Shown here one piece after another: positions 26,099-38,000 of a stretch of 64,000 nt of DNA; within the stretch, counting starts at the first letter, position 1, and each line of letters begins with the position of its first letter. Source of the DNA: Lingula anatina (Eukaryota; Animalia; Brachiopoda); the NCBI GenBank assembly GCA_051362555.1, contig CM120646.1, positions 23,374,001 to 23,438,000 on the forward strand. Reading direction: 5' to 3'. Under the pieces are notes generated by a model. That model did not search any database. It was not told the DNA's origin and was given only the letters and a program-made list of their open reading frames with translations. The position numbers were made by a program, and so were the translations under genes.

Positions 26099-26151
26099 GC
26101 TAACATGGACATCTCACATGTAGACAAAGTTCAAAATAGAGTCTGAAACAG
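26099..26151 (+). other. Probable 5'UTR exon of the HEPN-FN3 gene, with a short uORF (MDISHVDKVQNRV*)
   Basis: ttgttgtttcag| acceptor and cag|gtaagg donor upstream of the acceptor at 28210. Confidence 0.45.
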
Positions 26152-26687
26152 GTAAGGAGTACACATAATTGTATTCAAACATGGTATAGGGAAGTGTTTC
26201 ATTGTGGTTCTGAAATGATAAAGTATAAAATAGAAATAAGCGACCCCTATTTGTAAATTAAAAGATGCAACAGAAATACCGCTCTGTAAATTACCTATAT
26301 TGTAAATGTCGGGAAAAATGTCATGTATTTTTGTCAGCTTCTGGCCATGGTTCGCGTTTTGAGCTTTCAAAAATGTGGTTGTAAAAGAAGCTTCAGAAGA
26401 AGAGACTTCTCTTCGGCGAATTGGTTTGAATGTCTACGGATCCCATCAATACGTTCTTGATCCCATGTGTATATGACGCAAGTGTGAACCGCAGAAACTG
26501 TAGCCCGTAGCCCCTTACGATGTCAAAAAATCGTACGGACAACTGTATACGATTTCATTACACGCCGCCCGTGGCAAATGCCATCTAGGCTTAAATGGTG
26601 GTGTGATCTAATAGATAAAAGGTAGAGTGATTCAAATAGATAAAAGTTAGAGTGTCTCAATATTTTATAGTAGATTAACTCAACTGA

Positions 26688-28045
26688 AGCTCGGGTCACA
26701 CTGTGCTGGCAACCTGTTAGCAACCAAAAATCCTGGTGGCCGCTTTCGAGTACTGTGCGTGCTGAAAAGGCTTATTCTGATTAGCAACCAGTCACAAACT
26801 GGTTGCAACAAAGTTGCAACATGATATCTGCAACATTTTGACAACAACAGTCAAAAACGTTTGACATTTTGACAACAACAATCTCCAGAGCTTATTTACG
26901 CATATGCGCATTCTGCACATGCTTAATTTTCCCTTATAGGGGTAGCCTCCATTGAGGCACATGTTGCTACTTATATCAAGGGGCGTCACTGCCTGACCCC
27001 ATTCTGTGCTCGACTCATTCTGTTAAAGCGCACGATACGATTAAGCAAGGAGTTATCTTCAGCCTTCAACTTAAATGTTCAGTTCAAATAACTCCACCAG
27101 TTTTTACTTTGATTAGAACATTTAAACTGGTTTTAGGTTGGTTATAGCGACATACAGGAAATCAAGAATGGACCGATAAACAACCTTTGAGATACCAATA
27201 TTTTTCATCTTTAGTCGCACTCGTTATCAGTACACCAAAATGGCGTCATGTGTTAACCTTAGCTGGCAAGATGTAGCAACTTCATGCAAACACTTTATAA
27301 CCTTTGGCAACTTCCTTACAACAGTGTTTGAGTTGCCAAAAGTTTGCAAGGGCTGTGTGACCCCACCCTGAGCTTCAGAGCTAACTTGACACTAACCTTT
27401 TCACTGTAGCCTATCTCCATCGTGTCAAGTTACCTCTGACGAAAATAGTTTGACCTAGTTTATATAAGCCAATCAAATCCATGTTTCAAAATTTTTCACC
27501 AAAGTTTGGTGAAAACGCTGATTGGTTGACCGTCAATCGGCAATCCTCGGCTGATTCCGCAAGCTCCATACTAACAACAAAGTTATTGTCGAGTGCGGAG
27601 ACATCCGAGTAGTTCCGAGTGTATTACCGTACACAAAGAAAGCAAGGCGAGTGACTACGAAAAAGAATGTGTTAAGTTATCTCTTGATTCTTTGCAAAAT
27701 ATGAGTAAATCGGAATTAAAACCATAGGGTCTAGCAGTTTGAGGCCCTGCATCATTTTCTACTGAGAGACGATGTTATTTGTGTGCTGCCCACAGGTTAC
27801 GGCAAGTCCCTGATATTCAGCCTTATCTTTGATTGGTCCGGATTTGAACAAAGCGCGCTTTGACTCGTTCGCGTTCATTGGCTAGATCGTTTAATGAGTC
27901 ATTGAGTGCGGGCTTTTAAATTTGATTGGCGGGCGGCGGAGGCAATCGAATCTGGTCAGAGGTTACTTGACACGATGAAGATAGGCTACAGTGAAGAGGT
28001 TAGTGTCAAGTTAGCTCTGAAGCTCAGGGTGTGTGACCCAGGCTT
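26688..28045. mobile_element. Harbinger-like MITE whose right TIR is split by a nested insertion
   Basis: agctcgggtcacac ... gtgtgacccaggct|tta; tgtgaccc is duplicated around 27364-28031. Confidence 0.6.
27364..28031 (+). mobile_element. Non-autonomous foldback DNA transposon with a RecQ helicase remnant (AcademH-like)
   Basis: ~78-bp TIRs CACCCTGAGCTTCAGAGCTAACTTGACACTAACC; 8-bp TSD TGTGACCC; internal RDDVICVLPTGYGKSLIF (RecQ motif I) at ~27765-27820. Confidence 0.8.
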
Positions 28046-28249
28046 TAATACTACATATTGCATTGAAAACGTACGTTTAATGTAACATTGTGACACCAAT
28101 ATAGTACGATTTAAAATGTTTTTGCTTTCGAACATTGTAAATAAATATCGAATGTAATGGAATATAAAAATTTAGTAGTAGATATAAATCCAATTTGCAT
28201 TACATTCCAGATCCTTGAGACAGGGAAGGATTCATAATGGACACGTAAC

Positions 28250-29018
28250 ATGGCAACAGCATTGGGGACAAACACCGACTCCGACCAGGAAAATTTCTTC
28301 CGCATGAACATTCTAATTGTAGATTTTGCCCTGAAGGTATTGCAAGATGTTCTTCAAGAAGAGCTTAGAAAAAAGTATCCCAATTTATTTAACCCTCATA
28401 CGGGGTTGTTATGTGGGGTGCTTAGTGATGCAACTGTCAGAACAACACTGTTTGGATTGTCACCAAAAGTGTTTAATCACCACCAACGAAACCAGCTGTA
28501 TCCTGCTAGGAATCCCTCCCCATCAGTAACTGTTGGTGATTTAGACCTTACACTGACTGTGCTTTTGCTGAGAAATATCACAACGTTGAATTCATGTCCT
28601 AGGAATGCATGGGACAATCCCTCTGATGCAGACACATCAAAAGAAGCCAAGATTGGGCGAGTTAAGAGATATCGAAATATTGTTTATGGTCATGCTAACA
28701 AGGCATCGATGAGTGATCAAGATTTCAGAGCCCATTTCTCAGGGTTAAAATCCATTCTCTTGGGTCTCTCGGGCAGATTCACAAATGAAGATTATGGTGC
28801 TATTTTGTCTAAACCTCTTGATGCTGAATTACTCAAGAAACACCAGGGCATTTTGGACGAATGGCGCGATTATGAGAAAGATGTGAACGAAACAATGGAA
28901 GCTGGATTTGAGAGAGTCTCAGAAAAACTTACAAAAGGAATCAAACAGGTGCTTGAAGGCCAGGCGGAGATAAAGATAATGTGCCTTGGACAAAATCAGC
29001 ATGTTCAGACGACAAAAG
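28250..29018 (+). CDS. HEPN_DZIP3-like domain exon
   Basis: Acceptor ttccag| at 28210, ATG at 28250, donor AAAG|gtatgt; R-x5-H motif RNIVYGH at 28673-28693. Confidence 0.9.
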
Positions 29019-32000
29019 GTATGTAGTTAGTATGTTTTTCTCTACTCAAACTCAGTAAATTGATATATATATATATATATAATTAAAATGTCTCATTTCT
29101 CTGTGGTAAGTTAGACAAAGTTTATGCGGATTTTTCGTTGTTTTTTTATTGACATATTTATATTTTTCCATGTGTGATTTGTTTTTTCGTTGGTATGAAA
29201 TTCTGTCCTAGACTTGACTCAAGGTGCGGTTATTCTTCACTTTGTACTGAGTTATTACATGTATCGCAGGGTTTATTTTTTTCTAAGGGCACTATTCCGT
29301 CTACTGAAGATCCAAGGTTCGGTCCACGATTCCAAACTTGGGTTATGCCGGGAGAGAAAAGCAACACAATACCACAGCTTAGTTATAAAATCTAAAAACT
29401 GTTTATTGCTAGGCTGCTGCCTGGCTCGTTCTAAATAAATGTATTTGCGTGAAAAACCACGTGGCCGAGAATTATCGTAACGTTAGATAAAGGGGTAATA
29501 AAGTGAGATAAAATTAAAGTGGACTGGGACCAATTAAAGTGATAGGAACAATTACATTATATTATAATTATTATTATTATCATATTACTATTACGAGCCG
29601 CGTGCCCATGCCCGTGACTCAATTAAAAGCGATTGACATATATCATAAGCTTTCTGCGATATGCACAACTTCATATGCTATATTTGTTTGCAGCACAAAT
29701 CGCTCCGACAATTTTGCAATTATTCAGAAGTTTTTCTTTTTTTTTTCATTTATTAAACGTCCCATTGTATTCAGGGTCAGAAGAGCAGCCAGATCACCTC
29801 ACCCATGTACCAGAGAGGAAGCACAGCAAGTGGGCGGCGCTGGGAAGAATATTCCAGCCATCGACGTGGACATGGCTTTGGACATGGCTTTGGACATGGA
29901 GGAGGGCGGTTGAAAAAACCGAAAATGGTGAGTGTTGTAGTTTTTACAGTAAGCTGTATTTTATTGTTTTGATGTGTCCCTTTTCGTTACAAATCGAAAT
30001 GGTTGATTTCGAATTCTCCCTATGTTCTTCTCCAAAATGAAGGGAAGAAAAAGACCTCCGAATCTCACTGTGATTGTGGGTATAGACCTTTTCCATCTTT
30101 TCCGGAAATGGAAATTGCATTGTGGGTAGGGGAGTCCTGCCTTTACAGCGGTGCTAAAAACCATGTCTGAGTTTACGTGCTTTTTGTCCTGCTGCTACAA
30201 TAACAGTGCGCGAGATCGACACATGAGCTTTAATAAGTTCCCAACAAACCCGTTAGAATGAAAAATATGGTAGAAAGAAAGGGAAATATAGCAGGTTTGG
30301 ATCAAAAGCAGGGCACCGCGTTTGCGTTGAACATTTCGAAGGCGGGAAGAAAAACTATAATATTAGGAGTTCAACGGTGCTTTAATGAAAAAAAAGAAAT
30401 GCTTAGTTAATCAACGGATATAACTAACTATCGGCAAATAGAACTCGGGGGTAAACAATGCGAGAAAAACATTATAAAGATTTGAAAAAAAAATGAAGAA
30501 TAGGGGCCTAAAAAGAAAGACTTTAAAGGTACATACGAACCGAGCATCGGTGGAGTGTGGATTCCCAGTAACACATGGAAACCACTTCTACTAGTTTCTT
30601 ATACAACTCAAATAAATTCGACATGCCAAGGGATAAACTGAATAGATCACTCGGTCAGCCATAAAAGAGCTTTAGACTGCTCCTTTTAAAAATTTTTGGT
30701 CAGAAATTTAACCTACTTTCGTGACCTACTTTTCTGCCCCATTGACATACAGCATAGATTGCTAGCAGAAAAATCCATGCAAACATCATTTTCGGTTAAA
30801 ATTAAACAATGCCTTTTGGCAATTCTCTTAGTTATACTACTTCAAACTATATGTTGGCATTTGGTTGGTTTTTGTGACAAAAAATGACTTTGTATGCATC
30901 TTTAAGCATGAGATTATGGAAAGAGAAAGTAAAAGTAAAAGCTGTGAAGTTTTACACGGGGATTCTACTTACAAAAAATTCAAGAACTTTCACAACTTTT
31001 TGTGTAACAACAAAGAGAAGGTTTGAAAAGTTTTGCATGTAATATCCTTTTTGTGTGTGTTTTATTGATAAGTGATCATTTTAAATGTAGTAGGCCTATC
31101 ACAGGTTTTAGTCTCTCATAGCCCTTAGTAGGGTGGGTTCTATTTTTTAACGTGAGACGTTAATAATTTTTTTTATTATTATGTATCCAGTCCCGTATAC
31201 GTATTACTGATTTGAACAAACGGGGCTCATATTATCAAGATCAACAAAGACATACGAAGAATAAAGTACATCGGCTCTTGTTGAACGCGTTATCGGCAAA
31301 ATAAAAAGTTATTTATTTCTGAACTCAATGACAAGAGAATTGGAAAATTCAATGGGCATATATTGTTAATTACAAAAAAAAAAAAAAAAAATGCAGAAAA
31401 GCCTTTCTGTAAGCTACACGTGCATAATACATGTATGGTAAAGACAAAATGGATAATAAAAATAATCTAACAACGTATTTATAAAGTAATACAAATATGC
31501 TTAGTATTAAAGTAGGCCCACGTATATTTAACTGTCTTAGATAGTTGAAAAGTATGAAATGTGTGGAAAACACTTTTTTTGAATGATTTTATTGGCTTTG
31601 ATTGAAAACGATGAAAATACGCATGAAAACATTTAAAAATCTAATAATGTGGCCTATTGCTATAATTTTATTTTTGCCTGACGGTTTTGTTTCAGTTTGA
31701 CAAAATGTTCATACTTGTCAGACCGAAAGCCTGACATTTTTTACCTGTCGTATATCAGTGCCGTAGCTTGAGCAAAATGCCAGGGGGGCAGTAAGAGGAC
31801 ACGAGGGGGCGAAGCCCCCAAGGGGGGAGTAGGTGTCCCCCTACCAGTGTAGAAAATTCTAAATCACAGGGGGGCAGCTGCCCCCCCTGCCCCCCCGGAG
31901 GCTACGGCCCTGTATATGTTGTACATATACTAGAGTTAGACACGGTAACCTTTAATTATCATCTGGGAAAGAGTCGAGAATTCCTGTCTCACCTCTTTAA

Positions 32001-35000
32001 CACTTTTAATTAGAAGGTTTTAATTACAGAGGAAGGGTCGTAGTTGTGGCCTCCCCCCTTACCGAACAATTGAACAAGTAACACCTGATGCCTTATCAGG
32101 TACCATACGATTTAATCAGTTCACCGACTGCGTGTCAGTTTTACTTGTATACACAGTAGGTACGAGTCAAACAATGCAGGGAATCTTTTCATTTTATCAC
32201 TTCAAAAATCTCTTAAGACATCCTTCAAACAAGACATAAAAATCGTAATGAATTGATACTGCCGGTAAATGAGGTGATATCGCCACAGCTTGCATATATA
32301 CATGTAATATTGTGAAGACGTAGGCCTACGCACCTGTCCACACTCTTGAAAGCTGTGTACGAGTCTACTGGCTATTTTGATTTTATATATATAAAAATAA
32401 CGAGTCTCTTTCGCATATCTTTATTATCGGAAGCATTTAAAAGAACTCTGAAGCTTTAGTTCGTCATCACTATTGAAAGTGCAGCCAAGGCTTGGACGCT
32501 TAGGTGAAGTCTAGTTGTACAGCGCATCGTATTTAAACTGAGAAAAAAAAACATTTAACTGCTTGATTCTCCGTCCAAATATCTGTTTTCTTGCCTACAG
32601 TTTATGCATTTCTGTGCTTCAGCAACCTTTTTAGTTTGACAGAAAGCAGTGCACGCTTCAAACGACCTTTTTATATGCGCACCTTGTACATCATCTATTA
32701 ACCCATTACAGTGACGTCATATTTGCTCCGTAACACTAGCCCAGCAGCCATACTGGAGGGAAAGAACGACGGGGATTAGTAGCGTAAATATAGGTAAACC
32801 AAATAAAATAAACTAAAATTCATATCGCGATCAAGTACACCAAAAGGAAAAGTGTATATACATGTGAAAACTACAGCTGATCAGCGGGATCGACCCATAT
32901 AAACTCAGGACAGTCCAAAGACGAGAAATCCTGACTTATCCCAACATCGTGGAACTGTCAGAAGCTAGTTCAGTTATCATGACTTCATTTTTCTTGTTCA
33001 CTGGATAATAACAGTTATAGTTTTAGAGAGTTTAATGTGACAGTGTAATCATAAGTTCAACCTTTCATAGAAGCAACTTTTTACATAAATGTAACAACCC
33101 CAGATTGTGTTAGTTGGGCTCAACCGGAAAAGGTCAGATTGTGTGGGTTGGGTTCAACCGGAAAAAGATAGAAAGAGTGGAGGCCGGGAAGGAGAAAGGA
33201 AGGGAGTCGCCGTGGGAAGCTAATGTTTCCAGGAATTTATAGACTAAAAACATATATAGCCTGGAAATAGAGCAACCCAGCATGGTGACCTTTATGAAAT
33301 GATTACAAAGATAGTGACATTTCAGTGATGGTGAGCTTTATGAAATGATAACAAAGACAGTGACATATCAGTGACATTTGTAACACCGGCGCCGGTGTCC
33401 ACGTCAGTGACCGGTTTATCATTTATGGTAACTTTTGCGACGAATTATTCAACCTCCCTGGTGTATAAGGAGAATGATGTCGACATGCCGCCTCCTCCAC
33501 CGTCGCTTTCATCGTTTTCAGTACCAGTGCCACCATGAAGATGTTTAAACGAGAAGGACAGCTAGTGTTCCGGATAATTGTGTCAACGTGTCGCCTCCTC
33601 CATCATCGCCTTCACCGCTTTTAGTACCAATGCTTCCATGAAGACGTGTGAACGGGAAATAAGTAGGATTGTTACGTGGTTTATTTTGTCAAATGACTAT
33701 GTATTTAGAGACATTGTTGATTTATATTAATAAATTATATTTGAGAGTACATATAAAACTTTATTTTGTCATAACATAAAGGATAGATGTACCGTACTAG
33801 GATTAAGAATGTGTACATTTACCCCGTGGACCATTTGAAGATTACACTGCGATTAATGCGGTGGAAAATACAATAGAGAGAGTGTATAATGATAGGGTCG
33901 CTAAACGATTGTTGACGGCATATAGTAACTAGCCTAATCCCCTGGTCGCCTGGGTAGCCACGCCCCCTTAGAGTACTTATGTAAACAAACGGTCTCCCGT
34001 AGCAAACTATCCTTTTGTTCAACAGCTTCGCGCGTGCAGCTGATTATGTATGTACATGTAGTGACACTATAGCTAACTGCATATAAATTTGTGCTAGCTG
34101 CTATTTGATTCATTCTGCTGTGTCGGATGTTGTGGATCAGCCCACTGGTTCGTTGACTTATGTTTTTCTGAAGATTGGTGGTGCAGATTTTGAGTGCTTA
34201 ATTATTTACCCTCCTTCTAACGAGAGAAAGGGGAAGGGAGATAAAAAGAGAGAGTGTCAAATGAAACGGGTAATGAGTAATACATTACATTAAATAAAGG
34301 GACTCGCGGTGGAAGAAACGATAGACTGTTTTGCATCAAGGTATGCCATTATAATCCGACATGGCCCATAACATGATCCATAACATGACTAATTGTTGTA
34401 TGCCTTATATTTGTGCCGACTTATATTTTACTCTCGTTCATTTCGTAAAACTATTTCCTTGAATAAAGTTTTGCCTGTATAAATTAACGTAGTGACATGA
34501 AGTAATTAATAAAACGCGCCTGTTGAAAAGGGGGCTTTTCGTAACTAATAAAGGTTCACTATTCAGAAAAATATCGTCGCCGTTCGTCGCCGCTACCTTC
34601 AGGAAAGCGTACCCTCCGCGTGGATCACCGGCATTTTTGATTATCTGACAAATTAGGGCAATTTACGTTTTAGCTAATAATTCTGAATTTACTAATATTT
34701 TGGACTAAATTCAATGTCAGATTCATAGCAATGACGGAGAGCCGCCAGAGTAACTGTTTAATTTTCTAAACTAATCAAACTAGAACGCGTGGCGATAAAA
34801 TGTGTCGCTAGATCTTGTAAACACTCAGCGAAATGCACCTAGTGACTATATTTAATGTGCCGTCACTTAATTGCTTTCTCGATTTCATTAATTGACGATA
34901 GTAATTGCAGATAACAAGGAAGAGGAAATGCTGAAGACAAAACAACGTCGGGTCTTTGTGTGACTTTCTCCCTAAACACTTTTTATATTGCTGTCAAAGA

Positions 35001-38000
35001 AAAAGGAGTCTAGATAGCGATTATTTAAACCACTGCTGCTGCTTTTGCAGGTAGACTTCCTCGTTTATCATTTAAATGCTCCCCTCCCCCAGCAGACCCA
35101 ACTTGATGCATGTACGTCTTGGTAGCTTTAGTACAGACCTTGGTTCAAGTCATGAAAGGTTTAAGCACAAAACGTTAATTTGAGGCTATTTTTTCATTCA
35201 AGACAAAATTAAGTATCTATGGTGTGTGACAATAGGGACTTTACAAAACTTAATTTGTCCTTAAATATATATTCCAGTAGCATAGGCGAGCGACGTAATT
35301 GTAACCTCAACTTGAGGTATCCTCGATGAAAGCGGAGTACAAAAATTAACTTTTTTAAAAATCGATTACAACATGCTGTACAATGATATTGAGTCTAAAG
35401 GGTTAAATGGATTTATTTGCCTTAAAAGCAATTCATTTCAAAATTAAAAGAAACAGTTTTTTCGGGGAGCGCGGGTAGACAGTTTACGTCAGGTGATTCG
35501 TTAAAGTCGAGGAGTGTTTCACTATCAAATGTGTAAATCATATATGTCATAAAACACTATAAGAAAGTTTTTTGTTACGATCTGCAACATTTGTTCATTT
35601 ATATAGCAGGGCGAAGTTAAAGCCAGAGGTAAATAGAACCTAATACCGTAATCCTCCTCATCCATTTATTTAAATCGTATCAAAACGTTTGATACACAAT
35701 GTTCATTAAATTCATAATTTTGGCGATTTATTAAAACCATATTGGTACAGTTTAAGATTAGCATAAGTTAAGCAACAAACAGTATGAAGAACAACACCCT
35801 TTTTAAATGAGGCAAGACACCCTCTTCACACTGATTATAACCTTGAGAAAGACATTATGCAACTTAAGGCAAAGGAGTTATGCAAAGTTCTTTCAACTCG
35901 TGTGTGAATACAACACATTCTTTGTCACTTTTACAAAACAATGGGGGCGAGCAAGTAGAGTAATTACAATATACAATAAAAAGGACATTAGTATAGAAAG
36001 CTTACTTCGGGTCAGCCCTTTGCTTGTTCGAATGAAAGAGATAGATATCGCGCCGCGACTCCCTTTATTAAACCTTCGTGTGTTTGTGTAAAAGTGTGAA
36101 AGACAGGCAACGGTCTTTAGTCGCTGTTGATATTGTTCGCGATTAATATTGAAGTATAACTCCTTCGCCTGCATGTAAACGTGTTACTTTTCCTCATGTT
36201 CTCTATATTTCTTTTAGGTGGTTGAGACAATGGGATGAGATCGATAAAAGTAAAGGTTAATCTAAACAATTAGATGCGATTTTTGTGAAATGACTTATTA
36301 AGTGATGTGCATGTACCTAGTATGTTTAAATTCTTGAATTTCTAATTTGTTAAATCTTTCATACACGGCCTCATATATGTATTACTCTCAGGCCTTCGAT
36401 ATTATTGTTACACGGGACTCCTGGACACCTGAAGCACAGGTCTACGGAGTCTTGTTATCCTTCATGCAGTTTTATGGCTGGGATGAACACTGCGAAGTAG
36501 AAACAGGCTTTACTTAGCTTTACTTGATGCACGACAGTTTAAACAAAACCAGTCTGCAAGGCTTGCTTTGATTTGGCGTAAACCTTACACTGGTTTTAAA
36601 AGAACAAATATAAGTATGTTCGATGGATTAAATACCGGCTTCGTTATATTTTAACTAAATGCGTTCATTTGCACAGTTACACATTTAATATTTTTAAGTT
36701 GTCTGTCGTTCAGCACGCATTATAGGCGAGTAGCTAAATAGTGACGGTGATCAATCCAAGCTCAATCTTGGCAAGTATCGTTTACAAAATAGATCATGTT
36801 GAATAAACTTAATTACGCTTTAAAAAATAATCAACACACGGTTCGGTTATTGTCACTTGAAAGCTTTCGATCAAAGACGTTCAGTGAAATCACAAATCAT
36901 TTGACGATTAAAAAATGGACATGTTCAAGGGGCAGTTTTTTGTTTCAGCTAAAGGGACTTCAGGTTCAGGTAGAGGGTTCAGTTACGTGTTTCATCGGAT
37001 GATAGCATCACGCCCTAGGTCTAAGCGAGTTGAATAGAAGCTTTTTATCCAAACATCCTATTCCTAACTACTGAGTTAGGACAAAGGTCTAGTAACATGC
37101 ACTGTGCTATTACTATTAATGGATCAGATGCATACTTGATTGTTTTTCCTCTGGTGTCGCACGTATGCATCCTTTCTTGAGTGATCTAAAACAAGTCGCT
37201 AGTGTACCATGTTTCTCACTGTAGCAAAATATGTTCGACATGGTGTTTCTGAACGGCAGCCGGAGACACAGTAATTGTATAGGCATGCTTTAAGCTTGTT
37301 CGAGAGATAATAACAGTCGGGTTTAACAATAGATAGCGAGCTATAGTAAGACCCCCTCCTCTTTAACTGATGATTTACACTTTTAATTGACCGTACTTTC
37401 GTATATTGTCTGATCATACAGCCAGACTACCCTCTACCAGGGAGAGTGATAGATTTTTTACAGATATTCACAGATATGTCTCTAGCTAGATAGATGGTCA
37501 TTTAGAGCTCAACTCACCCTGTTGAGAAATCTCAAGGCTGATTACATGGCTGATAATTGTTTGCATAACTGCCCAGGCACTGCCACTTAGCAGGTCCAGT
37601 CTAAGTCTGCGTGACAGCAATCAAGACAGTTAATTACTCTGACTTCAATCACTTGCTCTTCTGTGACAGATAAAAATAGCCCCCTGTGAATAGCTGCAGA
37701 CAGCAGAGCCTTAGACTGGTTGCGTAACGAGCAGTTATCACATCGTTGTGAAGCTCAGCTCATGCAGAGCAAGTACAAAGCCTTTGGCGCGCGCGCAGAG
37801 ATAATTGTTTCCACATGGGATTCCTCAACAGGGTGAGTTGAGCTCTAAATGACCATCTATCTAGCTAGAGACATATCTGTGAATATCTGTAAAAAATATA
37901 TCACTCGCCCTGGTAGAGGGTACAGCCAGACTTCCCCCTGTTGCACGTTGTAGTTGGATTGTCATTGCGCCTATGTAAATGCACCTCATTTAATTTCAAT

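Noticed and set aside
29539-29913. 124-aa ORF ending DMALDMALDME
   Set aside because: Alternate frame of the linker exon. Splice phase from exon 29018 selects the WTWLW frame.
32100-32960. Possible minus-strand second ORF (exonuclease/SWIM) of the ISL2EU-like element
   Set aside because: Only scattered short motifs and many stops; cannot be supported by eye.
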